A program made the translations under genes and the position numbers. Below the pieces are notes generated by a model. That model saw only the letters and a list, made by a program, of their open reading frames with translations, was not told the origin of the DNA and searched no databases. 64,000 nt of DNA from Thermoanaerobaculia bacterium (GTDB lineage: Bacteria; Acidobacteriota; Thermoanaerobaculia; Multivoradales; JAHEKO01). Within the stretch, counting starts at the first letter, position 1; each line of letters begins with the position of its first letter. Below, piece by piece: positions 53,256 to 62,065 of the stretch. The stretch is taken from assembly GCA_947259195.1 (NCBI GenBank), contig CAMYLC010000008.1:52694-116693 (forward strand), read 5' to 3'.

Positions 53256-53801
53256 ATGGATATCCGACAGCTATTTGACGCAACCACCATCCAGGAGAAG
53301 GTCACCGAGTTGGGCCGCCGCTTGGGAAACGACCTGGGCGGAGCCGACCCCTGGATCATCTCCATTGTGGGCGGCTCGGTACTGTTCCTGGCCGATCTCA
53401 TCAGGGCCATCGAACAACCCGTGCGATTCGATTTCATCCAGGTCCAATACTCGGTCAGCGCCTCCGATGGGGATCTCTTGGAGATCCACTACCCAATTTC
53501 CCTGAACGTCGAGAATCAGAATCTCGTGATTCTCAAGGACGTGGTGGTGTCAGGGGTCATCGAGAACTACCTGTCCAGCCAGTTTCGCCAGAGAGGGGCT
53601 CGCCAGGTCCAATTCGCCGGACTGATCGACGTACCGGACCAGAGAAAGACCGACTTCCAACCCGACTACAGCCTGTTTACGACCGAGCGCCATGGGACCT
53701 TCGTCGGCTATGGGCTCAAACACCAGGGCCGCTTCGGCAACCTCCCGTTCATCGGCATCGTAGAACACGACGAGAACGAGGGTTCGAGACAAGCTCGATA
53801 G
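53256..53801 (+). CDS. Hypoxanthine phosphoribosyltransferase homologue with degenerate active-site motifs
   Basis: 181-aa ORF in the conserved tilS-hpt-ftsH slot. It is collinear with HPRTs (LFLADLIRAI, PDYSLF, FVGYGLKH, FGNLPFIG), but the PRPP loop reads LVILKDVVVSGVIE instead of VLIVEDIIDTGxT. Confidence 0.8.
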   Translation: MDIRQLFDATTIQEKVTELGRRLGNDLGGADPWIISIVGGSVLFLADLIRAIEQPVRFDFIQVQYSVSASDGDLLEIHYPISLNVENQNLVILKDVVVSGVIENYLSSQFRQRGARQVQFAGLIDVPDQRKTDFQPDYSLFTTERHGTFVGYGLKHQGRFGNLPFIGIVEHDENEGSRQAR

Positions 53802-53835
53802 ACGCCTTCGCCGCCCTTCTTGAGGAATTTGACTC

Positions 53836-55821
53836 TTGACTCCGACCGTTAGAACACTGATTGTCTGGATCGCGATCTTCGTCGTGGTCATCCTGTTGTG
53901 GAACACCTTTCAAGCAGGTCGAGTGACGCGCTTCCCTCTGACCTTCACCGAGTTTCTCGAGCAGGTCGAGCAGGGACACGTAGCGGAAGTCACCATTCGT
54001 GGCCAGGAGGTCTCCGGGACTTTCACCGAAGGCGGTCAATACGCCGAGGGGGACAGCTTCTTCACCTATCTGCCCGAGTACCCGGACCTGGTCACGGAGC
54101 TTCGGGATGCTGGCGTGGTGATCAAGGCCGAAGAACCGCGGGAAAACCCACTGCTGCAGTTCCTTTTCGGCTGGGCGCCGTTCCTGTTGATCATCGGCCT
54201 GTGGATCTTCTTCATGCGTCAGATGCAGTCCGGCGGAAACAAGGCTCTCTCCTTTGGCAAGAGCAAAGCCAAGCTCCTCAGCACATCCGGCAAGAAAGTG
54301 ACCTTTCAGGACGTTGCTGGCGTCGAGGAGGCCAAGGAAGAGCTCGCCGAGATCATCGAGTTTCTCAAGGAACCACAGAAGTTTCAGAAGCTCGGCGGCA
54401 AGATCCCCAAGGGAGTCCTGTTGATGGGGCCGCCTGGCACCGGCAAGACCCTGCTCGCAAGGGCGATCGCCGGAGAAGCCGGCGTACCCTTTTTCTCCAT
54501 CTCCGGCTCCGATTTCGTAGAGATGTTCGTCGGGGTCGGTGCCAGTCGTGTTCGGGACCTCTTCGAGCAGGGCAAGAAGAACGCTCCCTGTATCGTCTTC
54601 ATTGATGAGATCGACGCCGTTGGACGGCATCGCGGAGCCGGGCTGGGCGGCGGCCACGACGAGCGTGAGCAGACACTGAACCAACTGCTGGTCGAGATGG
54701 ATGGCTTCGAGTCCAATGAAGGCGTCATCCTCATCGCCGCGACCAACCGTCCCGATGTCCTGGACCCCGCCTTGCTACGCCCTGGGCGTTTCGACCGACG
54801 AGTCGTGGTGGATCGCCCGGACATCAACGGTCGCCTGGGAATACTCAAGGTTCACACACGAGAGACGCCTCTCGACGGGGATGTCAATCTGGAGCTCCTG
54901 GCCCGGGGAACACCCGGGTTTGCCGGAGCGGATCTAGCCAACATGGTGAACGAAGCCGCCCTCGTGGCAGCGGGTCGAGGGCGTGACCTGGTGGCCATGG
55001 AGGACTTCGAGTACGCCAAGGACAAGGTCCTCATGGGTGTGGAGCGCAAGAGCCTCATGCTGACCGACGAGGAAAAGCGCATCACTGCCTACCATGAAGC
55101 TGGTCACGCGCTGGTTGCAGCCTTCGTCGAGGGTTCCGACCCCCTGCACAAAGTGACTGTGATCCCTAGGGGTCGCGCCCTCGGCGTCACGATGCAGCTG
55201 CCCCTCGAGGACAAGTACACCTACCGCAAGAGCTACGTAGAGGGTCAGATCGCCATCCTGATGGCTGGCCGCATTGCCGAGGAATTGACCCAGGACGACA
55301 TTACAACCGGAGCCGGCAACGACATCGAGCGGGCCACGGAGATGGCGCGGCGGATGGTTTGCGAGTGGGGCATGTCCGAGCTGGGTCCCTTGTCGTTCGG
55401 TAGCAAGGACGAGCCCTTGTTTCTCGGGCGCGATTTCAACCAGCGAGCCGACTACAGCGAAGACACGGCCATTCGCATCGACCGCGAAGTGGACAGGATC
55501 GTCCAGACGGCCTTTGAACGGGCCCGCAAGATCCTGACCGACAATCGGGCGATCCTGGAGCGCCTGGCCCAGGACCTCCTGGAACACGAATCCCTGGACG
55601 GGCAAGCGGTCTACGCGACCATCCAAGAGATGACCGGCAAGGACCTGGATCCCACTCCTCCGGAGCCCGCGTCACCAGAGCCCCAACCCGGCGATGAGGA
55701 GCTCGCCACAGACCCGGGGAACTCGGGACCAGCCCCCGTCGAGGAGGTCGGGGAGGACACGCTCGACATGCCGACAGGAACGGCGTCGACACCCTCCGAC
55801 CCTCTCCCGTCAACGGAATAG
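53836..55821 (+). CDS. ftsH: ATP-dependent zinc metalloprotease FtsH
   Basis: 661-aa ORF with a TTG start, two TM helices, [18 protein letters not shown], the SRH region and HEAGHAL. Acidic/Pro-rich C-terminal tail. Confidence 0.97.
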   Translation: MTPTVRTLIVWIAIFVVVILLWNTFQAGRVTRFPLTFTEFLEQVEQGHVAEVTIRGQEVSGTFTEGGQYAEGDSFFTYLPEYPDLVTELRDAGVVIKAEEPRENPLLQFLFGWAPFLLIIGLWIFFMRQMQSGGNKALSFGKSKAKLLSTSGKKVTFQDVAGVEEAKEELAEIIEFLKEPQKFQKLGGKIPKGVLLMGPPGTGKTLLARAIAGEAGVPFFSISGSDFVEMFVGVGASRVRDLFEQGKKNAPCIVFIDEIDAVGRHRGAGLGGGHDEREQTLNQLLVEMDGFESNEGVILIAATNRPDVLDPALLRPGRFDRRVVVDRPDINGRLGILKVHTRETPLDGDVNLELLARGTPGFAGADLANMVNEAALVAAGRGRDLVAMEDFEYAKDKVLMGVERKSLMLTDEEKRITAYHEAGHALVAAFVEGSDPLHKVTVIPRGRALGVTMQLPLEDKYTYRKSYVEGQIAILMAGRIAEELTQDDITTGAGNDIERATEMARRMVCEWGMSELGPLSFGSKDEPLFLGRDFNQRADYSEDTAIRIDREVDRIVQTAFERARKILTDNRAILERLAQDLLEHESLDGQAVYATIQEMTGKDLDPTPPEPASPEPQPGDEELATDPGNSGPAPVEEVGEDTLDMPTGTASTPSDPLPSTE

Positions 55822-55857
55822 GCAACTCTCGATCGAAACCCTGTACCTCGCACCCTC

Positions 55858-56757
55858 ATGCTCACCGTCGCTTCTCGACAGCCAGCCGCCGGCAGGCTTG
55901 CCTGTACCGGAGGAAGAATTCTCGAGCTCAAGAAGACACCTCTCGTCATGGGGGTGCTGAATCTGACGCCCGACTCCTTCAGCGATGGTGGCCTGTGGAT
56001 GGATCCGTCACGAGCTGTGGATCGGGCGGAGGAAATGGTTGCGCAGGGGGCTGACCTTCTGGACCTCGGGGCCGAGTCGACCCGACCGGGTGGTGGCGTC
56101 TACGGAAACGGCGCGCAAACCGTGCCCGTGGAAGAGGAACTGGACCGCCTGCTACCGGTTCTGGAGCGCCTTCGGGAGCGAGTCTCCGTACCGCTGTCTG
56201 TCGACACTCGCAAGAGTGCCGTGGCCAGAGTTGCACTCGAAGCCGGTGCCGATCTCATCAACGACATCAGCTGCCTCTCGGACCCGGAAATTGCGGTTGT
56301 GGCAGCCGAGAGTGGATCTCCTCTCGTCCTGATGCACAGCCGAGGTGATCTCGCCTCGATGCAGAGTCGGATCCACTTCGACGATGTGGTCGCGGAGGTC
56401 ATCCAAGATCTGGCAGGGGCCATAGAACGGGCTTGCCAGCAAGGCGTCTCCCGCGACCAGATCGTGATCGACCCGGGAATCGGCTTTGGTAAGAACGGGC
56501 AGCAGAATCTGGAGCTCCTGCTGCGGCTCGATGAGCTCCAGCAGCTCGATCGACCGATCCTCGTTGGCGCCAGCCGCAAGAGCTTCATCGGCGCCGTCAT
56601 CGACCAGCCTGCCGCCAGCCGGTTGCCCGGCAGCCTGGCAACGATCGCCTGGGCGGCTTCTCAGCGCGCGGCTATGGTTCGAGTACACGACGTGGCAGAG
56701 ACCGTTCAGTTCCTCGCGGTCTGGGAGGCCATCGATTCGGCAGGTGGACCGCCATGA
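55858..56757 (+). CDS. folP: Dihydropteroate synthase
   Basis: 299-aa ORF with VMGVLNLTPDSFSDGG, DLGAESTRPG and DPGIGFGK. Confidence 0.93.
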   Translation: MLTVASRQPAAGRLACTGGRILELKKTPLVMGVLNLTPDSFSDGGLWMDPSRAVDRAEEMVAQGADLLDLGAESTRPGGGVYGNGAQTVPVEEELDRLLPVLERLRERVSVPLSVDTRKSAVARVALEAGADLINDISCLSDPEIAVVAAESGSPLVLMHSRGDLASMQSRIHFDDVVAEVIQDLAGAIERACQQGVSRDQIVIDPGIGFGKNGQQNLELLLRLDELQQLDRPILVGASRKSFIGAVIDQPAASRLPGSLATIAWAASQRAAMVRVHDVAETVQFLAVWEAIDSAGGPP

Positions 56758-57542
56758 GCCTGGCTGACTGGTTGCAGCTCGTGACCTGGCGCGACGTCCT
56801 GGACATCGCACTCGTCGCACTGGTCATCTACAACCTCCTGCTTCTCATCCGTGGCACGCGGGCCGTTCAGATCATCCTCGGAATCCTCTTCATCGCCGCC
56901 GCCTCCTATCTTGCTGGAGTCGCCAAGCTGGTGACTCTCAAGGAGCTCTTGGGCAACTTTCTCCTGGTGCTGCCCCTGGCCATCATCGTTCTCTTCCAGC
57001 ACGAGATACGCCACGCCCTGGCCAGTTTCGGTCGCAACCCGTTGTGGGGTCTCGGCACTCATCAACAGACGGAGTCGACGATCAGCGAGATCGTGACGGC
57101 GGCCACGACTCTCTCGGACCGAAGAGTCGGCGCCCTGATCGTCATTCAGAGACTGGAAGGCCTGCGAAACTACATCGAGAACGGCGTCGAGATCGATGCG
57201 CTCGTGAGCTACGACCTGCTGATCAATCTCTTCAGCCCAGAGACACCGCTCCACGACGGTGCAGCCATCCTTCAGCAGGACCGCATCGCCGCCGCCGCTT
57301 GCTTTCTTCCCCTCTCCCTGAACCCCGAGATCTCCAAAGACTACGGGACGCGTCACCGAGCTGCCCTCGGCATCTCCGAAGAGGCGGATGCGCTGGCCGT
57401 CGTGGTCTCCGAGGAGACCGGCGCCATCTCGATGGCCATTGGGGGCGAGCTCATTCGCGACCTGGATTCCAAGAGCCTACGCAACGCGCTCTACAAGTAC
57501 CTGATCACCGACCTTGGGTCCCTTTCGGAGACCAACCCATGA
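56754..57542 (+). CDS. cdaA: Diadenylate cyclase CdaA (membrane-anchored DAC domain)
   Basis: 262-aa ORF whose ATG overlaps the folP TGA. Three N-terminal TM helices, with the DGA motif (LHDGAAIL) and the RHR motif (GTRHRAALG). Confidence 0.92.
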   Translation: MSLADWLQLVTWRDVLDIALVALVIYNLLLLIRGTRAVQIILGILFIAAASYLAGVAKLVTLKELLGNFLLVLPLAIIVLFQHEIRHALASFGRNPLWGLGTHQQTESTISEIVTAATTLSDRRVGALIVIQRLEGLRNYIENGVEIDALVSYDLLINLFSPETPLHDGAAILQQDRIAAAACFLPLSLNPEISKDYGTRHRAALGISEEADALAVVVSEETGAISMAIGGELIRDLDSKSLRNALYKYLITDLGSLSETNP

Positions 57543-58222
57543 GCGAAGCCACGAGCATTTGGGGCCTGCGATTGCTCGCCCTCGCCCTGGCCGTGACCGC
57601 ATGGTTCGTGCTTTCCGTCGAGAATCGGGAACCCCCTAGCGAAAAAGTGGTCCAGGCCACGGTCCGTTACGATAACTTCCCTGGTCTGATCGTGGTCCAG
57701 CGAGTCGAATCGGTGAGGATCGGCATTCTCGGTCCCAAGAGCAAGATTCTCAGCCTGAATCCCTACCTGGTCGATGTCTTCGTCGAGCTGCCCAATCCGG
57801 CCAGAGGCGCTTTCGACGTTCCCCTGACGGCCGAGAACGTAATCCTGCCCGAAGCCCTGGAGGTCGTATCCATCGAGCCCAACATCATTCACCTCGAGTT
57901 GGATGTCGAAAAGACGGATCTGCTGCCTGTGACGGCACGACTGGAGGGCGAACCGGCTGCCGGCGCCAAGGTCCGGATGGCCGAGGTCATCCCTCCGCGC
58001 ATCCTGGTCAGGGGACCTGAGTCGATGCTCGACACCATAGGCTCCCTCTTCACCACGCCCGTAGACCTCACCGGCCATGCCCTGGATTTTCAAGAGCAGG
58101 CGGCTGTCCTACCGCCGGATCCCCTGGTCAACATCGTGCAGCCCGTTGTCGTGTCGGTCCGAATCCTGATGGAGATTCCAGGCGCCGACTCTGTCTCGAA
58201 CTCCAAAGACTCTGCAGAATGA
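57539..58222 (+). CDS. cdaR: CdaR / YbbR-like domain protein (CdaA regulator)
   Basis: Trimmed from track ORF 57044..58222 to the ATG at 57539, which overlaps the cdaA TGA. 227 aa with an N-terminal TM helix followed by YbbR-like beta-rich repeats. Its position between cdaA and glmM matches the conserved operon. Confidence 0.75.
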   Translation: MSEATSIWGLRLLALALAVTAWFVLSVENREPPSEKVVQATVRYDNFPGLIVVQRVESVRIGILGPKSKILSLNPYLVDVFVELPNPARGAFDVPLTAENVILPEALEVVSIEPNIIHLELDVEKTDLLPVTARLEGEPAAGAKVRMAEVIPPRILVRGPESMLDTIGSLFTTPVDLTGHALDFQEQAAVLPPDPLVNIVQPVVVSVRILMEIPGADSVSNSKDSAE

Positions 58223-59586
58223 CGACCGCCCCACCTTCCCTGCGTCTCTTCGGGACGGACGGCATCCGGGCTCCGTTCGGCACCTTCCCCCTGGACGAGA
58301 AGACTGTTGGCCGTATCGGCTATCACCTGGGGCTGATGCTCGGCGAAGAGACTCCCAACCCACAAATCGTCCTGGGAGGCGACACCCGGCAGAGCACCCG
58401 GCCTCTTTGCGACTGGATCGCTGCAGGCCTGCTTCATGCCGGCGCCCGGCCCTGCTTCGGGGGCACTCTGCCGACGCCCGCAATCGCGTTCCTCGTTCGT
58501 CAGCGTAGCGCTGCTGCCGGCGTCGCCATTTCGGCTAGCCACAACCTGTTGCCCGACAACGGCATCAAGCTCTTCGACCATTTGGGGTTCAAATGGCAGG
58601 AGCCCGCCGAAGAGGCTCTCGAGGAGCGACTCTTCAATCATCCGGACCAGGCCGAAGAACTGCCTCCTGTGACGCTGGACCTGGATGCGTCCCTGGCGCG
58701 TGACTACCGGCTAGCTCTCGAAGAGCCATCCACCCATGACTCGGTGTCTTTCGATGGCCTGACTTTCGTGGTCGATGCGGCCAACGGTGCGGCTGCGCCG
58801 TTCGCTGCCAAGGTCTTCCGCGATCTGGGCGCAGAGGTCGTGACGCTACACGACGCGCCAGACGGTCGCAACATCAATCTCGAGTGCGGCTCGACTCATC
58901 CAGAGGCCATGGCCAGAGCTGTCCTCGAATCGGCAGCCGACCTGGGAATCGCCTTCGACGGGGATGCAGACCGCGCCCTCTTTGCCGACGAGCAAGGAGT
59001 GGTGCGGGACGGTGACGCTGCACTCTTCCTCTGGGCCCGACACCTCAAGAGGTCGGGGCGACTGGAGCCTCCGAAGATCGTCGCGACCAGCATGTCCAAC
59101 CTGGGCCTTGAGCGAGCGCTCGTAGGGGAATCCATCGAGTTGGTTCGGTGTGGCGTCGGCGATCGCACCGTCGTGAATACGATGCTGGAAGCTGGCATCT
59201 CCCTGGGAGGTGAACAATCCGGACACATCGTCGACTTGACGCAGAGCACCACCGGCGACGGCCTCGCCACGGCTCTTCAGATTGCCAGCATTCTCAAGCA
59301 CGAGGCCAAACCCCTGTCGCAGCTACTGGCCCCGTTCGTGCGCTTTCCTCAAGTCCTGATCAACGTGAGGGTCACCAGCAAGCCGCCCCTCGAGTCCCTG
59401 CCTAGCGTCGCCGCCGTAGCCCACGAGGTCGCGGTCCGACTTGGCAACAGGGGCCGCCTCGTTCTGCGGTACAGCGGTACTGAACCCCTCGCCAGGGTGA
59501 TGATCGAAGGCGAGAACCAGGGTGAGATCGACGAGTTGGCCTCGAGGCTGATCGGCGCCATCCGGGAAGAGATTGGAGCAGAATAG
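58219..59586 (+). CDS. glmM: Phosphoglucosamine mutase
   Basis: 455-aa ORF whose ATG overlaps the cdaR TGA. Motifs LFGTDGIRA, phosphoserine loop ISASHNLLPDNGIKLF, FDGDADR and GGEQSGH. Confidence 0.93.
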   Translation: MTTAPPSLRLFGTDGIRAPFGTFPLDEKTVGRIGYHLGLMLGEETPNPQIVLGGDTRQSTRPLCDWIAAGLLHAGARPCFGGTLPTPAIAFLVRQRSAAAGVAISASHNLLPDNGIKLFDHLGFKWQEPAEEALEERLFNHPDQAEELPPVTLDLDASLARDYRLALEEPSTHDSVSFDGLTFVVDAANGAAAPFAAKVFRDLGAEVVTLHDAPDGRNINLECGSTHPEAMARAVLESAADLGIAFDGDADRALFADEQGVVRDGDAALFLWARHLKRSGRLEPPKIVATSMSNLGLERALVGESIELVRCGVGDRTVVNTMLEAGISLGGEQSGHIVDLTQSTTGDGLATALQIASILKHEAKPLSQLLAPFVRFPQVLINVRVTSKPPLESLPSVAAVAHEVAVRLGNRGRLVLRYSGTEPLARVMIEGENQGEIDELASRLIGAIREEIGAE

Positions 59587-59611
59587 TCAGGTCCACCCAG
59601 GAGACCCCCGC

Positions 59612-60331
59612 ATGACTGATCTTTCCGTGAATGTCGACCACGTCGCGACGCTCAGACAGGCGCGCAAGGCCGCCTACCCGGACCCCGTCGAAGCCGCAGA
59701 GATCGCCGAGCAACAGGGCGCTACCGGGATCACGATCCACTTGCGCAGTGACCGTCGCCACATCCACGAGAGCGATCTCGCCAGTCTTCGACAGACGGTC
59801 AAGGGAAAGCTGAATCTCGAGATGGCCACCACCGAGGAGATGACCACCATCGCGCTGCGCTACCGCCCAGATCAGGTCAGCCTGGTACCGGAGCGACCCG
59901 AAGAAGTCACCACGGAGGGTGGGCTCGACCTATTGTCCACGGGCGAGCGAGTGGTAGCGGTGGCCAAAAAGCTCGAGGCGCAGGGAATTGCGGTCTCGGT
60001 CTTCGTCGACCCGGAACCGAGGCAGATCGAGCATCTCCTGTCGACCGCAGTGGGCTGCGTCGAGGGCTTCGAGATCAACACCGACAGCTACACGAAGGCC
60101 CAGGGTGCAGAAGCACAAGCCGAGCTGCGAAAAATCGTCCAGGTCACGACCATGGGCCTGGAGGGTGGTCTACGGGTCTACGCGGGCCATGGTCTCACCA
60201 CCGCGAATGTCGGGCCCGTCGCCTCGATCCCGGGAATCGAGGAGCTCAACATCGGCCACTCGATCATCTCGAGGGCAGTGATTGTGGGCATGGAGCAGGC
60301 CGTGCGTGAAATGCTCCACGCCATGGCCTAG
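59612..60331 (+). CDS. pdxJ: Pyridoxine 5'-phosphate synthase
   Basis: Trimmed to the ATG at 59612, with GGAGA upstream. Motifs LSVNVDHVATLRQAR, ITIHLRSDRRHI and ELNIGHSIISRA. Confidence 0.93.
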   Translation: MTDLSVNVDHVATLRQARKAAYPDPVEAAEIAEQQGATGITIHLRSDRRHIHESDLASLRQTVKGKLNLEMATTEEMTTIALRYRPDQVSLVPERPEEVTTEGGLDLLSTGERVVAVAKKLEAQGIAVSVFVDPEPRQIEHLLSTAVGCVEGFEINTDSYTKAQGAEAQAELRKIVQVTTMGLEGGLRVYAGHGLTTANVGPVASIPGIEELNIGHSIISRAVIVGMEQAVREMLHAMA

Positions 60332-60359
60332 CAGCCGCCTTGCGACGTCAGTCGGGATC

Positions 60360-60575
60360 CTAGCGTTCGACTTCCATTGGCGTTTCGATGGCCTCTTCCG
60401 GCTCCTTGAAGATCAGAGCCGTCTCCTGGATCGGCAGTAGCACCCGATGGACGTTTTGCCCGAACGAATACTGCAAGATGTAGTAGCCATTCTCGGAGAT
60501 CTGGTGCAGGAATCCTTCGACCCCCTTGAGACCCGCGAGCTCATTGTGAATCAAGACCGCTATGGGAAGCTCCAT
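60360..60575 (-). CDS. Small hypothetical protein co-oriented with the sigma-54 activator
   Basis: 71-aa ORF that starts 4 nt after the stop of the NtrC-like gene. Codon pattern looks coding. I recognise no motif. Confidence 0.45.
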   Translation of the reverse strand: MELPIAVLIHNELAGLKGVEGFLHQISENGYYILQYSFGQNVHRVLLPIQETALIFKEPEEAIETPMEVER

Positions 60576-60579
60576 CGCC

Positions 60580-61968
60580 CTATCCCTCCAGTAGTCCCGC
60601 CTCGCGATACTCCTTGATCTTGCGCTGCAGGGTTCGAAGTCCGATCCCGAGAATCCTGGCCGCCTCTGCCCGCCTGCCGTCGGTCAGCTCGAGCGTCTCG
60701 AGGATCGCCAAACGCTCGATCTCGGCCATCGCCCTCGGCTCTCCCACCACATTCTGCACCGGCAGGCTCGAGCTCGAGAGATGGCCCAGCCTGAGCTCAG
60801 GCGGCAGGTCGGCAACGTCGATCTCTTCTCCCTCGTGGAAGATAACCGTCGATTCGATGAAGTTCTTGAACTCGCGGACATTGCCCGGCCAGGCGTGGTG
60901 CGACAATACTCCGAGCGCTTCCGAGGTGAGACGCTTGGGTGGTTGGCCGTGCTCTTCACAAAACTGGGCCAGGTAGTGCTCGGCTAGCAGGGCGGTGTCT
61001 TCCAGTCGTTCCCTCAGGGGCGGCACCCGCAAGGTGACGACTTTCAACCGGTAGTAGAGGTCCTCACGAAACCTGCCTTCCGCCACCTCCTTCTCGAGGT
61101 CCCTGTTGGTGGCGGCGATGAGACGGAAGTCGACGTCGATCAGGTCTCCTCCACCGACCCGCATGACCTGCTTTTCCTCGAGCACTCTCAACAGCTTGAC
61201 CTGGAGCTCGGGGTAGAGCTCGCTGATCTCGTCGAGAAACAGGGTGCCGCGATGGGCGAGCTCGAACTTGCCAATCTTGCGGGCAACGGCTCCGGTGAAG
61301 GATCCCCTTTCGTGCCCGAAGAGCTCGCTTTCGAGAATGTCCGAGGGAATGGCGCCACAGTTCAGGGCCAGGAATCGCTCTTCGCTGCGCGGACTTGCCT
61401 GGTGCAGAGCCTTCGCCACCAGCTCCTTGCCCGTGCCGCTCTCGCCGGTAATCAGGACACTGGAGCGAGTCGGTGCCACGAGGCGCATCTGCTCGAAGAG
61501 TCGCTCCATCTGCGCCGACTTGGCGACAATGCTCTCGAATCCGTAGCGCTTGTCGAGCATCGTCCTGAGCGTCGTCACCTCTTCCTTGAGCTGACGGTTC
61601 TCCAGAACATTCGTCACCCGCTTGCGCAGCTCGTAGAGGTCGACAGGCTTGGTTAGATAGTCGTCGGCGCCAATCCGCATGGCTTCGACCGCGGATTCTA
61701 TGCTGCCGAAACCAGTCACCAGAATCACCCCGAAGTCCAGTTCACGGCGACGCACTTCGCTCAAGAAGGCGATTCCGTCGGTGCCCGGCATCCTGAGATC
61801 GCAGACTGCCAGGGCTGCCCTCTCGTTCTTGTCCAGGAACTCCAGGGCCCTCTCGGCATCGTCGAAGGTGCGTACCTGGAGACCGGCCTTCTCGAGTGCG
61901 ATGGCCATGGATTCCCTGGAGCCGGTCTCATCATCGATAACCAGCACCAGGGGCGCTTCACTCGTCAT
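60580..61968 (-). CDS. Sigma-54-dependent response regulator (NtrC family): REC, AAA+ and HTH domains
   Basis: Trimmed from track ORF 60580..62226 to the ATG at 61968 (462 aa). Receiver domain (LVIDDE, CDLRMPGTDG, YLTKP), AAA+ domain (GESGTGKE, GSFTGA = GAFTGA variant, ESELFGHERG) and a Fis-type HTH (AARILGIGLRTLQRKIKEY). Confidence 0.92.
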   Translation of the reverse strand: MTSEAPLVLVIDDETGSRESMAIALEKAGLQVRTFDDAERALEFLDKNERAALAVCDLRMPGTDGIAFLSEVRRRELDFGVILVTGFGSIESAVEAMRIGADDYLTKPVDLYELRKRVTNVLENRQLKEEVTTLRTMLDKRYGFESIVAKSAQMERLFEQMRLVAPTRSSVLITGESGTGKELVAKALHQASPRSEERFLALNCGAIPSDILESELFGHERGSFTGAVARKIGKFELAHRGTLFLDEISELYPELQVKLLRVLEEKQVMRVGGGDLIDVDFRLIAATNRDLEKEVAEGRFREDLYYRLKVVTLRVPPLRERLEDTALLAEHYLAQFCEEHGQPPKRLTSEALGVLSHHAWPGNVREFKNFIESTVIFHEGEEIDVADLPPELRLGHLSSSSLPVQNVVGEPRAMAEIERLAILETLELTDGRRAEAARILGIGLRTLQRKIKEYREAGLLEG

Positions 61969-62065
61969 AGCGCCATTTTGGCATACCCGTCCTGTCCCGG
62001 CCAGCCCCAAATTCAACTGCCGGGCATGGTGACAAGCGGGATTCGCGTAAACTCTTCGCGGACCG

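Noticed and set aside
58219-59586. GlmM phosphoserine loop SASHNL instead of SASHNP as a sign of inactivation
   Set aside because: The catalytic Ser-His and all other mutase motifs are intact. A single substitution next to the loop is insufficient evidence.
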